A stretch of DNA of 64,000 bases, taken from NCBI GenBank assembly GCA_045863235.1, contig BTUM01000035.1, positions 12,019-76,018 on the forward strand, read 5' to 3'. Below are positions 50,833 through 58,396 of the stretch, piece after piece (the stretch's first letter is position 1; the number at the start of each line of letters is the position of its first letter). The notes under the pieces are model-generated. The model worked only from the letters and a program-made list of their open reading frames with translations, was not told the DNA's origin and ran no database searches. The position numbers and the translations under genes were made by a program. Source of the stretch: Candidatus Xenobia bacterium (lineage in GTDB: Bacteria > Vulcanimicrobiota > Xenobia > Xenobiales > QWHO01).

Positions 50833-52701
50833 CTAGGCCACCGACTCGGGGTTGCGGAAGCTGGCCACGCTGATCTCGGGAGTTGGGGCCAGCACGACCC
50901 GGTTGCGCCCCTTCAGTTTGGCCTGATAGAGGGCCGTGTCGGCGGCTTTGATCAGAGCCGTGCAGGCCTGCCCGTGGGTGGGGTAGGAGGATACGCCCAC
51001 CGAGATGCTGATGGGCGAGAGGTTCTGGCGTCCGACGCTGACCTCGAGCCGGCTGATCCCCTCGCGCAGGGCCTCGGCCCGGGCCGCGCCGTTTTGCAGA
51101 GAGCTTCCGGGCAGGATGAGAATGAACTCCTCGCCTCCATAGCGGCAGGCCACGTCCTCGGCCCGCACGTTCTCCCTCAGGAAACGGCCCACGGCCTGGA
51201 GCACGACATCGCCGGCGTCGTGGCCAAACTGGTCGTTGAAGCGCTTGAAGTGGTCCACGTCCAGCATGATGATGCTGACCGACTCGCGCTTGCGGCGGGC
51301 GCGGAAGACCTCGCGCTCCAGCGACTCTTCCATGAAGCGACGGTTATAGAGCCCGGTCAGGGTATCGCGCACCGACTGCTGGCGCAGGGTCTCCCGCAAG
51401 ACCAGGTTGGCGATGGCCAGGGAGAGCTGCTCGGCCACGTTCTCGGCCAACTGCATCGTCTCCTGAGCCAGGGGCAGGTCGCTCAGAGGGCGCAGGTGGA
51501 GGATGCCGAGCGCCTCTCCCTGGGCCATCATGGGCACGCACAGCGTCCAACTCGAGCCCTCGTCGTCCACATGAGCGCAGAACGGCTCGGGGTCGCCCTG
51601 GCGGGCGTAATGGGTGCAGCCGCGCCGGAGCGACCAGCAGCTGGGCGGCGTGAACACCTCGTCGGCGGCATTCCATCCCCAACAGGTCAGGGTCTCGACC
51701 ACGTTCTTGGAAGGTGAGATCAGCATCACCGAGCCAGCCGTCTCGGGGAAGAGCCGCAGAAAGAACGGTCCCACCGAGCGGAAGGCCTCCTGCTTGTCTT
51801 GCGAGGACTCGATCAACTCCAGCAGTCGCCGCAAGAGGTCGGCGTCCTGGCTGCGTCGCTGCAGGCTGTGCACCATCTCCTCCAGGGAGGCATGGCTGGT
51901 CAGAATTTCCTGCTGGGTGGTTTGACGCTCCCGCTGCAACTGGTCGCTCATGTCGTTGAAGGCGGCGGCCAGCTCGGCGATCTCGTCGTGGCCCGAAACC
52001 CGAATGCGGGCGCTCAAGTCGCCCAGGCCTACCTGGCGGGCGGCCACCACCAGCGGCTCCAGCGAGCGCCCCAGGCCCCGAACGATCAGGGCGCCGATGG
52101 CGGCCACCAGCAAGAGAGAAACCCCCAGCACGCCAAGGATGGTCAGCTGGGTGGAGCGAGCCGCCCGCTCGGCTCCCTCCTGGCGTCCGCGCAGCAGGGC
52201 CTTCTCTTCGCTCTGCAACTCGGCCATCAATCGCTCCATCTTGCGCATCAGCTCGCGGCTCTGCTCGGGGCCGGCCAGGCGGCTGGCTACGGCCAGCTTG
52301 CCTTTCTGACGGGCAGCGATAGCCCGTTTGAGAAGCTCCACCCGCTGAGTGGTCAGGACCTCCAGTTGGGTGAAGCGGTCGAGTTGCACCGGATTGGACT
52401 TGAGCAGGTGGCGCAACTCTTTCCTGTCTTGCTGCAACTGACCCACCTGGGATTGAAAGCCTGTCAGAAAGTGGGGCTGGCCGGTGGCCGCGTAGCCCTG
52501 GGCGTTGCTCTCGGCCGCGCCCAGGTCGTACTGAACCTGGCTGAGAGCTCCCAGAATACGGAAGGAGTGAGACACTCCCGAGGCGTCATCGAGGAGGGAT
52601 TCCAGGCGGTCCGAGGCAACCAGGCCAACCCACAAGAGGCTGAGAACCGCCAACCCAAATCCCCCGCCGATCTTTTGCCCGATCGTCCAGGTAGAGGGCA
52701 T
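50833..52701 (-). CDS. Membrane diguanylate cyclase (CHASE3-like, HAMP, GAF-like, GGDEF)
   Basis: Two TMs; HAMP DEIAELAAAFN; CWSLRRG; DVDHFKRFND; RAED I-site; GGEEF. Confidence 0.9.
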   Translation of the reverse strand: MPSTWTIGQKIGGGFGLAVLSLLWVGLVASDRLESLLDDASGVSHSFRILGALSQVQYDLGAAESNAQGYAATGQPHFLTGFQSQVGQLQQDRKELRHLLKSNPVQLDRFTQLEVLTTQRVELLKRAIAARQKGKLAVASRLAGPEQSRELMRKMERLMAELQSEEKALLRGRQEGAERAARSTQLTILGVLGVSLLLVAAIGALIVRGLGRSLEPLVVAARQVGLGDLSARIRVSGHDEIAELAAAFNDMSDQLQRERQTTQQEILTSHASLEEMVHSLQRRSQDADLLRRLLELIESSQDKQEAFRSVGPFFLRLFPETAGSVMLISPSKNVVETLTCWGWNAADEVFTPPSCWSLRRGCTHYARQGDPEPFCAHVDDEGSSWTLCVPMMAQGEALGILHLRPLSDLPLAQETMQLAENVAEQLSLAIANLVLRETLRQQSVRDTLTGLYNRRFMEESLEREVFRARRKRESVSIIMLDVDHFKRFNDQFGHDAGDVVLQAVGRFLRENVRAEDVACRYGGEEFILILPGSSLQNGAARAEALREGISRLEVSVGRQNLSPISISVGVSSYPTHGQACTALIKAADTALYQAKLKGRNRVVLAPTPEISVASFRNPESVA

Positions 52702-52841
52702 TGTCGTCTGTCTCCAGATTCGGGATGAGTGGGGCGAAAGATACCCCGCTCAGCATACCGCTCTGGGATCAGAATCGAATAGGAGCCAGCTCACAATGGC
52801 TCGAGAAACCCTGGGAGCCGCGCCGGAACCCCGGCCAAACC

Positions 52842-53210
52842 TCAGGAGGCCTTGCGACGGGAACGTCGGCGGGCCGGCTTCTCGGCTGCTTTCGGCGAGG
52901 TTCGGGCCCTGAGCCAGCGGTGGAGGCACTTCTGATCGCAGGAGGCCCCTGTCGGGGGCAAGAGCTGCAGCCCCACCCGGTGCTGGTCGCCCTGCTGCGT
53001 GCTCCAGACGGGTCGTACCTGGAAAAGCAGGGGGGCGAGGCCCTCGAGCCGGAAGACGATCTGCTCGGGAAGAGAGGGCTCGCTGCTGACGAGACCCACT
53101 CCCGACTCACTCACATCCACCAGGTGCCCTCTTTGGAACGTGCCGTGTCCGGTTCGGAAGTAGGCCTGAGCCTCCACCATGTATCTGAGGTTGCGGCGAT
53201 TGTCGTCCAT
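52842..53210 (-). CDS. Single-domain PilZ protein
   Basis: RRNLR and DVSESG motifs; GAAGG RBS. Confidence 0.75.
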   Translation of the reverse strand: MDDNRRNLRYMVEAQAYFRTGHGTFQRGHLVDVSESGVGLVSSEPSLPEQIVFRLEGLAPLLFQVRPVWSTQQGDQHRVGLQLLPPTGASCDQKCLHRWLRARTSPKAAEKPARRRSRRKAS

Positions 53211-53269
53211 CGATGGCCTTCCTTCACAGGTCGTTATGCCCATTGTAATGGCTCGATGTTACAAAAGTG

Positions 53270-53824
53270 TTATTTTGCCACCACAGTTCTGATTACGGCA
53301 AAGCGAGCCCGTCTGGTGCTTGCCTCCAACTCGCGCCTCAGGGCTGCGGGGCTGCGCCGAACGGCCGGACGATGCAGTTCGCACTCTTTGATACCGCTTG
53401 CGTCTCGTTGGTAGCGGGTGCGATAGGTGGTGGGTGCGTTCTCAAATCCACGCTCGAGCAGCCTGTCCACCATCCCGCGCGCAGTGGCTTCATCGGTCAC
53501 CACGAAGCTGTCCACCCGAAGCTCGAGGCTTCCGTCCCGAGCCGAAGCGACCAGCTCGCGCACCTGCAGCACCCGCCGCCGAGCCATGGTCGGGTTCCCT
53601 TCTCCCACCGGCCGCATCTCCTCGAAGCTGGAAACGGTGACGCGATGCTTGCGCTGGTCGTTGTCCCAGAAGGTTCGAGAGGTGCCGTTCCGGTCGGCCT
53701 CGCTGCCGACCTTCGAGGACACGACTTCGCTCCAGAGCCGGTTGTAGGCCTGGATTCGCTTCTCACGTCCCGGGAGGGCGCCGAACTGCTTGAGGAGCAC
53801 ATCGAGGATCATCATCTCCCCCAC
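53270..53824 (-). CDS. Hypothetical protein
   Basis: Fills the gap in the same orientation as its neighbours; no motif recognised. Confidence 0.5.
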   Translation of the reverse strand: MGEMMILDVLLKQFGALPGREKRIQAYNRLWSEVVSSKVGSEADRNGTSRTFWDNDQRKHRVTVSSFEEMRPVGEGNPTMARRRVLQVRELVASARDGSLELRVDSFVVTDEATARGMVDRLLERGFENAPTTYRTRYQRDASGIKECELHRPAVRRSPAALRRELEASTRRARFAVIRTVVAK

Positions 53825-53907
53825 AGCATAACCGGAGGAATTTGGAGGCCCTTTTGCACGCCCGGGGGAGGGCTGTTAATCTTCTGTAAACTGAATGGAA
53901 GGGAAGT

Positions 53908-54819
53908 TTACGTTTCGGTTCCGGCCACCACGACCCGGTTGCGCCCGGCCCGCTTGGCCTGGTAAAGAGCCTGATCGGCGGCCTCCAGAGTCGCCCCGGG
54001 CTCCTGCTCGATCAGCAGGGGCGACAGCCCAATGCTGGTGGTGACCGGCAGCAGCGTGCCGTCTGGCAGAGTGAACGGGGTGGCTTCCACGACCTTGCGC
54101 ACCCGCTCGGCGGTCGCCTCGGCGCTGGCAAAAGGAACCTGGCGCAAGAGGACCACGAACTCCTCGCCTCCATAGCGGCCCACCAGGTCCTCGGCTCGGA
54201 GAGTTTCCTTCAGTCGATGGGCCAGCTCGACCAGAACGGCGTCGCCGGCCGGGTGACCGTGCTGGTCATTGACTTTCTTGAAGTGGTCCACGTCTAGCAA
54301 GGCCAGCGAGTATTCGGTGCGATGGCGGCGGGCGGCCGAGAGCTCTTCGGAGAGCCGGCTCATGAAGCTGCGCCGGTTCAGCACGCCGGTCAGGCCGTCC
54401 AGGTTGGCGCTGCGATACATGTCCTGGAACAGGTCGTGCACCTCCTGGTCGGAGTGCTCGAGCCGCAGGCTGACCTCGGGCCCCAGGCCCAGCGAATCGC
54501 CGTGGGAGAGCTCGGCTCGCTCCACTGGTTCGCCATTGACGAAGACCCCGTTGGTCGACCCCAGGTCTTGCACCACCACTCGCCCCTGCTGGTCCACTTC
54601 GAGCTTGGCGTGGGCCCGGCTGACCCCCGCCCCGCGCAAGACCAGATCGGCGTGCGAGGCCGACCGACCCAGCACCAGCGTTCCCGCGCGCAACTGGAGA
54701 ATCTCGCCCTTTTCGGACCCTGTCAGCGTGATCAGGCAGGGCATCTTGTTCACGGCCAGCCCCTTGAGCGGAGCAGCTCCCAGTGCCTCGGTGACGTCCT
54801 CGAACTCCATGACTCGCAT
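53908..54819 (-). CDS. FHA-GGDEF diguanylate cyclase
   Basis: LGR, VSRAHA, DLGSTNG (FHA); DVDHFK, RAED, GGEEF. Confidence 0.92.
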   Translation of the reverse strand: MRVMEFEDVTEALGAAPLKGLAVNKMPCLITLTGSEKGEILQLRAGTLVLGRSASHADLVLRGAGVSRAHAKLEVDQQGRVVVQDLGSTNGVFVNGEPVERAELSHGDSLGLGPEVSLRLEHSDQEVHDLFQDMYRSANLDGLTGVLNRRSFMSRLSEELSAARRHRTEYSLALLDVDHFKKVNDQHGHPAGDAVLVELAHRLKETLRAEDLVGRYGGEEFVVLLRQVPFASAEATAERVRKVVEATPFTLPDGTLLPVTTSIGLSPLLIEQEPGATLEAADQALYQAKRAGRNRVVVAGTET

Positions 54820-54850
54820 GGTTATCGGCCGGAGGGACTCCCTCCTCCCC

Positions 54851-54909
54851 TGCGCGCAAAATCGTCTTTGACAGGTGCGCGCATTTGTGGTAGGCTATGG
54901 GTGCGCGCA
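54851..54909 (+). promoter_or_regulatory. Sigma70 promoter with three TGCGCGCA palindromic operator boxes
   Basis: TTGACA 54868-73, 17 bp, TAGGCT 54891-96; TGCGCGCA at 54851, 54876, 54902. Confidence 0.75.
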
Positions 54910-54929
54910 ATAGAAAGTGAGGGCTGCGA

Positions 54930-55958
54930 ATGAATCCAGAAGTCCGTTTCCGGGTCCCACCCCACGTCTACGAGCTGGCCGAGCGACGCAGCGACGAGTT
55001 GGGTCTGTCGGGCTCGAAGGGGCGGTCGGGAGGGGTATCCGAGCTGGCCAGGGCCGGACTCTATCTGCTTTTGAACCTGCCTCTACCGGCCGACGCTCAC
55101 TGGCTGCAGTCTCAGCGCTTCGATGACGTGCGGCTGGCCCGGCGCGCCCTGACGGGGGATGAAGCGCGCATCGGCCTGCGGCTGCTCCACCGGGTCGACC
55201 CCGAGGTGCGCCGCCAGGCGGCCCTGGAGCGGGGCCAGGCCATCGCCTCCATGGCCACCACACGATTCGAGTTTGAGCCAGGCGAAGTTCCCGCGGAGCT
55301 TTCTTCCTGGTTTCAGTTGACCGAGAGCGGTTTACCGGTCGGGGAGATCGATCTGTCAGGCGGGCCCCTGGCGGTGGGAGCGCTGGTTTCGGCCGCGCCC
55401 GAAGCCACCTTGACCGAGCTGCTCCAGGCCGTGGGTCAGCTCAACCAGAAGAAGGCTTCCGATCAAGAGCGCCGCCGTCAGCGCGAAATGCAGCGAGAGA
55501 AGGGCCAGCGCGAGCTGTCCGATTGGGTGGCCGAGCACGGCTCCGCCCACGCTCGAGCCTTACTCGAGGAGGGTTTCGACTGGCTCGACCGGGCCGAGCG
55601 CGAATATGGAGCCTGGCGGCTGCAGGCGCTCGGCGTGGGCGGAGTGACGGCTCTGAATGGGTCGCAGTCCCTGGCCGCGGCCCACGAGTCCCCCCGGCTG
55701 GTAGCCGTGTCCGAGCCCGGGCTCGAGAGCATCGAACGGCTGCGCTCGATCCGCGCGCGAGTTTCCGGTCAACCCGGCCTGAAGGCGTCCCTGGTCTGTC
55801 GACAGGACGATCTCGAGGAGCTGGTGCTCATCGAGGTGGCCGTGCCGACTGGCAACACGGTGCAGTTTCTCTCTCCCGGCCAGCCCGCCACCCCCCTTCG
55901 GAAAGCGGCCCGCCCGGCTGCGGGACGGCCCAGAATGCAATCCTTGCGAGGTGACTGA
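54930..55958 (+). CDS. Hypothetical protein with RHH-like N-terminal DNA-binding region
   Basis: EVRFRVPP (beta strand), HVYELAERRSDELG (helix A), VSELARAGL (helix B); coiled coil in the middle. Confidence 0.6.
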   Translation: MNPEVRFRVPPHVYELAERRSDELGLSGSKGRSGGVSELARAGLYLLLNLPLPADAHWLQSQRFDDVRLARRALTGDEARIGLRLLHRVDPEVRRQAALERGQAIASMATTRFEFEPGEVPAELSSWFQLTESGLPVGEIDLSGGPLAVGALVSAAPEATLTELLQAVGQLNQKKASDQERRRQREMQREKGQRELSDWVAEHGSAHARALLEEGFDWLDRAEREYGAWRLQALGVGGVTALNGSQSLAAAHESPRLVAVSEPGLESIERLRSIRARVSGQPGLKASLVCRQDDLEELVLIEVAVPTGNTVQFLSPGQPATPLRKAARPAAGRPRMQSLRGD

Positions 55959-55960
55959 AG

Positions 55961-56254
55961 ATGGCTTATCGTCCCTGCCGGTTTCGAGGCTCGGTCCTGG
56001 GGGTGTTCCAGTGCGAGAAGCACCTTTATCAGCACAGCTATCCTGAGATCTACAACGAGCTCTACGAGTTCTGTCTCGAAAACGTGCCTGACCGCTTCTG
56101 CGACTACGTCGACTTCGGTTTCTCGCTCGAGGGCGAGACGCCTCGGATTTTCATCAACTGCACCCATCCCTACCAGTCACGCCCGCTCAAGAGCTTCCGC
56201 GACTGCATGGAGGAGTGCGACTACTATGACAAGGAGCGCGAGTCGCTGGGATAA
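55961..56254 (+). CDS. Small Cys/aromatic-rich hypothetical protein
   Basis: GAGGTG RBS, 2 nt after the upstream stop; 7 Cys in 97 aa. Confidence 0.7.
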   Translation: MAYRPCRFRGSVLGVFQCEKHLYQHSYPEIYNELYEFCLENVPDRFCDYVDFGFSLEGETPRIFINCTHPYQSRPLKSFRDCMEECDYYDKERESLG

Positions 56255-56284
56255 TCCACTGAGCGTTCCGTGATGAATGCACCT

Positions 56285-56317
56285 CAAACACAGAAGCCAT
56301 CCTGTCTCCAGGATGGC
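56285..56317 (-). terminator. Rho-independent terminator
   Basis: Minus strand GCCAUCCUG-GAGA-CAGGAUGGC-UUCUGUGUUU. Confidence 0.75.
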
Positions 56318-56563
56318 CTCGCGATCTGGCTCCCACCTCACCAGACTCCCCTGACTTCACCGACCTCGGGCGCGAACCGTGTTCGCTATCGGGCGCGCTC
56401 GTGGCGTGCCTACCCCTCACGGGACCCGCTCGGCTGTCAGGCCTTCCTCGCATGTTCTCCCAGGCGAAGTGCTGGGGCGTGCTCTGGTCTGCGCGCTACC
56501 CCTCGAGGTCTCGGTATCCTCGAGTCCGCCGCGATGTCGCTCGCGGAGCGGTCGGCCGGCGAC
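56285..56563 (-). ncRNA. Candidate structured ncRNA (~280 nt), family unknown
   Basis: Own TTGACA-18-TAATAT promoter, several hairpins, terminator with GAGA loop and U-rich tail; no credible ORF. Confidence 0.55.
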
Positions 56564-56569
56564 AGGCGC

Positions 56570-56599
56570 ATATTACCTTTTAACACGCTCGCCTGTCAA
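56570..56599 (-). promoter_or_regulatory. Sigma70 promoter of the candidate ncRNA
   Basis: Minus strand TTGACA (56599-94), 18 bp, TAATAT (56575-70). Confidence 0.7.
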
Positions 56600-56621
56600 C
56601 CCGCGAACAGAAGATCGAGAG

Positions 56622-56912
56622 TCAGGCCTCCCGTTTGCGCTCCGGCTCGTTCTTCTTGAACATCTCGCCCAGTTTGCGCAGCTTGGCGTCTTCGCGCAGT
56701 TTCTCCTCGGCGGGATAGATGCAGGAAACCTGGGCCAGGCGGACCAGGATGTCGACGGGTTGTTCGGATTCCTCGGAAAACGAGCGGATCAGAGCATAGT
56801 AGTCGTCAAAGTCGAGGATCCGCCCTTCCAGGCAATCAAAGCAGAGGTAGGTGCCCTCTGCCTGGTGATACTCCAGGAAGGCAGCCAGAACCGGGGACTT
56901 CCGTCGTTTCAT
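56622..56912 (-). CDS. Small hypothetical protein with CxxC (96 aa)
   Basis: GAGGAG RBS, ATG 56912; YLCFDCLEG. Confidence 0.7.
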   Translation of the reverse strand: MKRRKSPVLAAFLEYHQAEGTYLCFDCLEGRILDFDDYYALIRSFSEESEQPVDILVRLAQVSCIYPAEEKLREDAKLRKLGEMFKKNEPERKREA

Positions 56913-57025
56913 GGGGTTCTCCTCAGAGTGGGGCGGAGCGTTACCGCCCTGAGATTGCCGCGGGCGCGGCACTTCGTGGTCACGTACAAGCGCGTGAGCG
57001 CTTTCTGGGGGGCTACCACGTTGTC

Positions 57026-57054
57026 AGAGTATCACAATCTCCCTACCCTGTCAA
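57026..57054 (-). promoter_or_regulatory. Sigma70 promoter with extended -10
   Basis: TTGACA (57054-49), 17 bp, TG-n-TACTCT (57031-26). Confidence 0.7.
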
Positions 57055-57102
57055 TGTAAGCCGGAAGCACGTAGTTTCGAGCAATTTTCTGGAGAGAAAA
57101 AA

Positions 57103-58368
57103 TCAAGAAAGCGATGAATCTTCTTCAGGATCGGGCTCCACTCCGCTCGCTGCCTCCAGCCATCGCTGCTTGAGCTCGGGGAAGTTCTTGCTGGCAAGCG
57201 CCCGGCGGATCGAGCGCATCAACTCCAGCAAAAAATGGAGGTTGTGCAGGCTTCCCAGGTAGTAGGCCAGCAGCTCGTCGCACATGTAGAGGTGGCGCAA
57301 GTAGCCGCGGCTGAAGTTCTGGCACGTGTAGCACTGGCAGTCGGCCATGAGCGGAGATTGATCGTCGAGGTAGCGCGCGTGACGCAGGTTCAGGGTGCCC
57401 CGTCTGCCCACCCCCGGGGTCTGGGGAGGGACCAGTACGTGAGCGGTGCGGGCAAAGCGGGTAGGGAGCACGCAGTCGAAGGTGTCGATGCCCCGCTCCA
57501 CGCCTTCGAACAGATCGTTCACCTCGCCGATGCCGAGCAGATGCCGGGGGCGGTCGTCGCTCAGGTGGGGCACGGTCCACTCCAGCACCCGGTGCATGTC
57601 GGCCTTGCACTTGCCCAGCGAGCCCCCCACCGCGAACCCGTCAAAGGGCAGGTCGGCGATGAAGCGCACCGAGCGGGCCCGCAGGTCCTCCCATTCGCCC
57701 CCTTGCACGATGCCGTAGAGCGCCTGCTCGGGGTTGGTACGGGCTTCCAGGCTGCGCACCGCCCAGCGATGGGTGCGCTCCATGGCGAGCTCGGTGTACT
57801 CGTAGCCGGCCATGGGCGAGGTGCACTCGTCGAAGGCCAGGATCATGTCCGCCCCCAACTCTTGCTGGATGGCGATGGAGCTCTCGGGGGTGAGCTTGTG
57901 GCGCGAGCCGTCGATGTGGGAGCGGAAGCTGACCCCTTCCTCGTCGATGTGGGCCAGCTTCTCGCCGCTCTTGGTGCGGGCCGGCTCGCTCTGGCCCTCG
58001 TTGGGGAAGATGCCGCCGATCTTGCCCACGCCGTCCTCGCGGGCGGCCCCCAGCGAGAAGGCTTGAAAGCCGCCCGAATCGGTCATGATGGGGCCGTTCC
58101 AACCCATGAAGCGATGCAGGCCACCAAAGCGCTTGACCCGCTCCGAGCCAGGGCGCAGGTAGAGGTGGTAGGTGTTGGCCAGCAGGCCCTGCACCCCCAG
58201 CCCCTCCAGGTCGCGCGGGGTCATGGACTTGACCGTGGCCAGGGTGCCGACGGGCAGGAACTCGGGGGTCTCGATGTCGCCGTGGGGGGTGTGGATTTTC
58301 CCCAGGCGAGCCTGGGTGCCAGGCAGGCGGGCGAGTTGTCGAAAGGAGAAGTCGCGGGCTCGGATCAT
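57103..58368 (-). CDS. tgt: tRNA-guanine transglycosylase
   Basis: TPEFLPVGT, ANTYHL, TDSGGFQ, FDEC, GIVQG, FDCVLPTR, CQCYTC...H zinc site. Confidence 0.95.
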   Translation of the reverse strand: MIRARDFSFRQLARLPGTQARLGKIHTPHGDIETPEFLPVGTLATVKSMTPRDLEGLGVQGLLANTYHLYLRPGSERVKRFGGLHRFMGWNGPIMTDSGGFQAFSLGAAREDGVGKIGGIFPNEGQSEPARTKSGEKLAHIDEEGVSFRSHIDGSRHKLTPESSIAIQQELGADMILAFDECTSPMAGYEYTELAMERTHRWAVRSLEARTNPEQALYGIVQGGEWEDLRARSVRFIADLPFDGFAVGGSLGKCKADMHRVLEWTVPHLSDDRPRHLLGIGEVNDLFEGVERGIDTFDCVLPTRFARTAHVLVPPQTPGVGRRGTLNLRHARYLDDQSPLMADCQCYTCQNFSRGYLRHLYMCDELLAYYLGSLHNLHFLLELMRSIRRALASKNFPELKQRWLEAASGVEPDPEEDSSLS

Positions 58369-58396
58369 GGCCGGGCGGATTGGCAGACCGGACCCC

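Noticed and set aside
54822..54829. Sigma28 -10 (GCCGATAA) before FHA-GGDEF
   Set aside because: No matching -35 and only 2 nt from the ATG; unsupported.
56187..56453. 88-aa ORF as the product of the 56570-99 promoter
   Set aside because: Runs through the terminator and into the opposite gene; composition is not protein-like. A GGAG lies before the ATG, so it is not fully excluded.
56285..56563. tmRNA, RNase P, SRP or CsrB identity
   Set aside because: No tRNA-like ends, no RNase P P4 strands, no SRP domain IV motif; eight GGA trinucleotides are about what this G-rich composition predicts.
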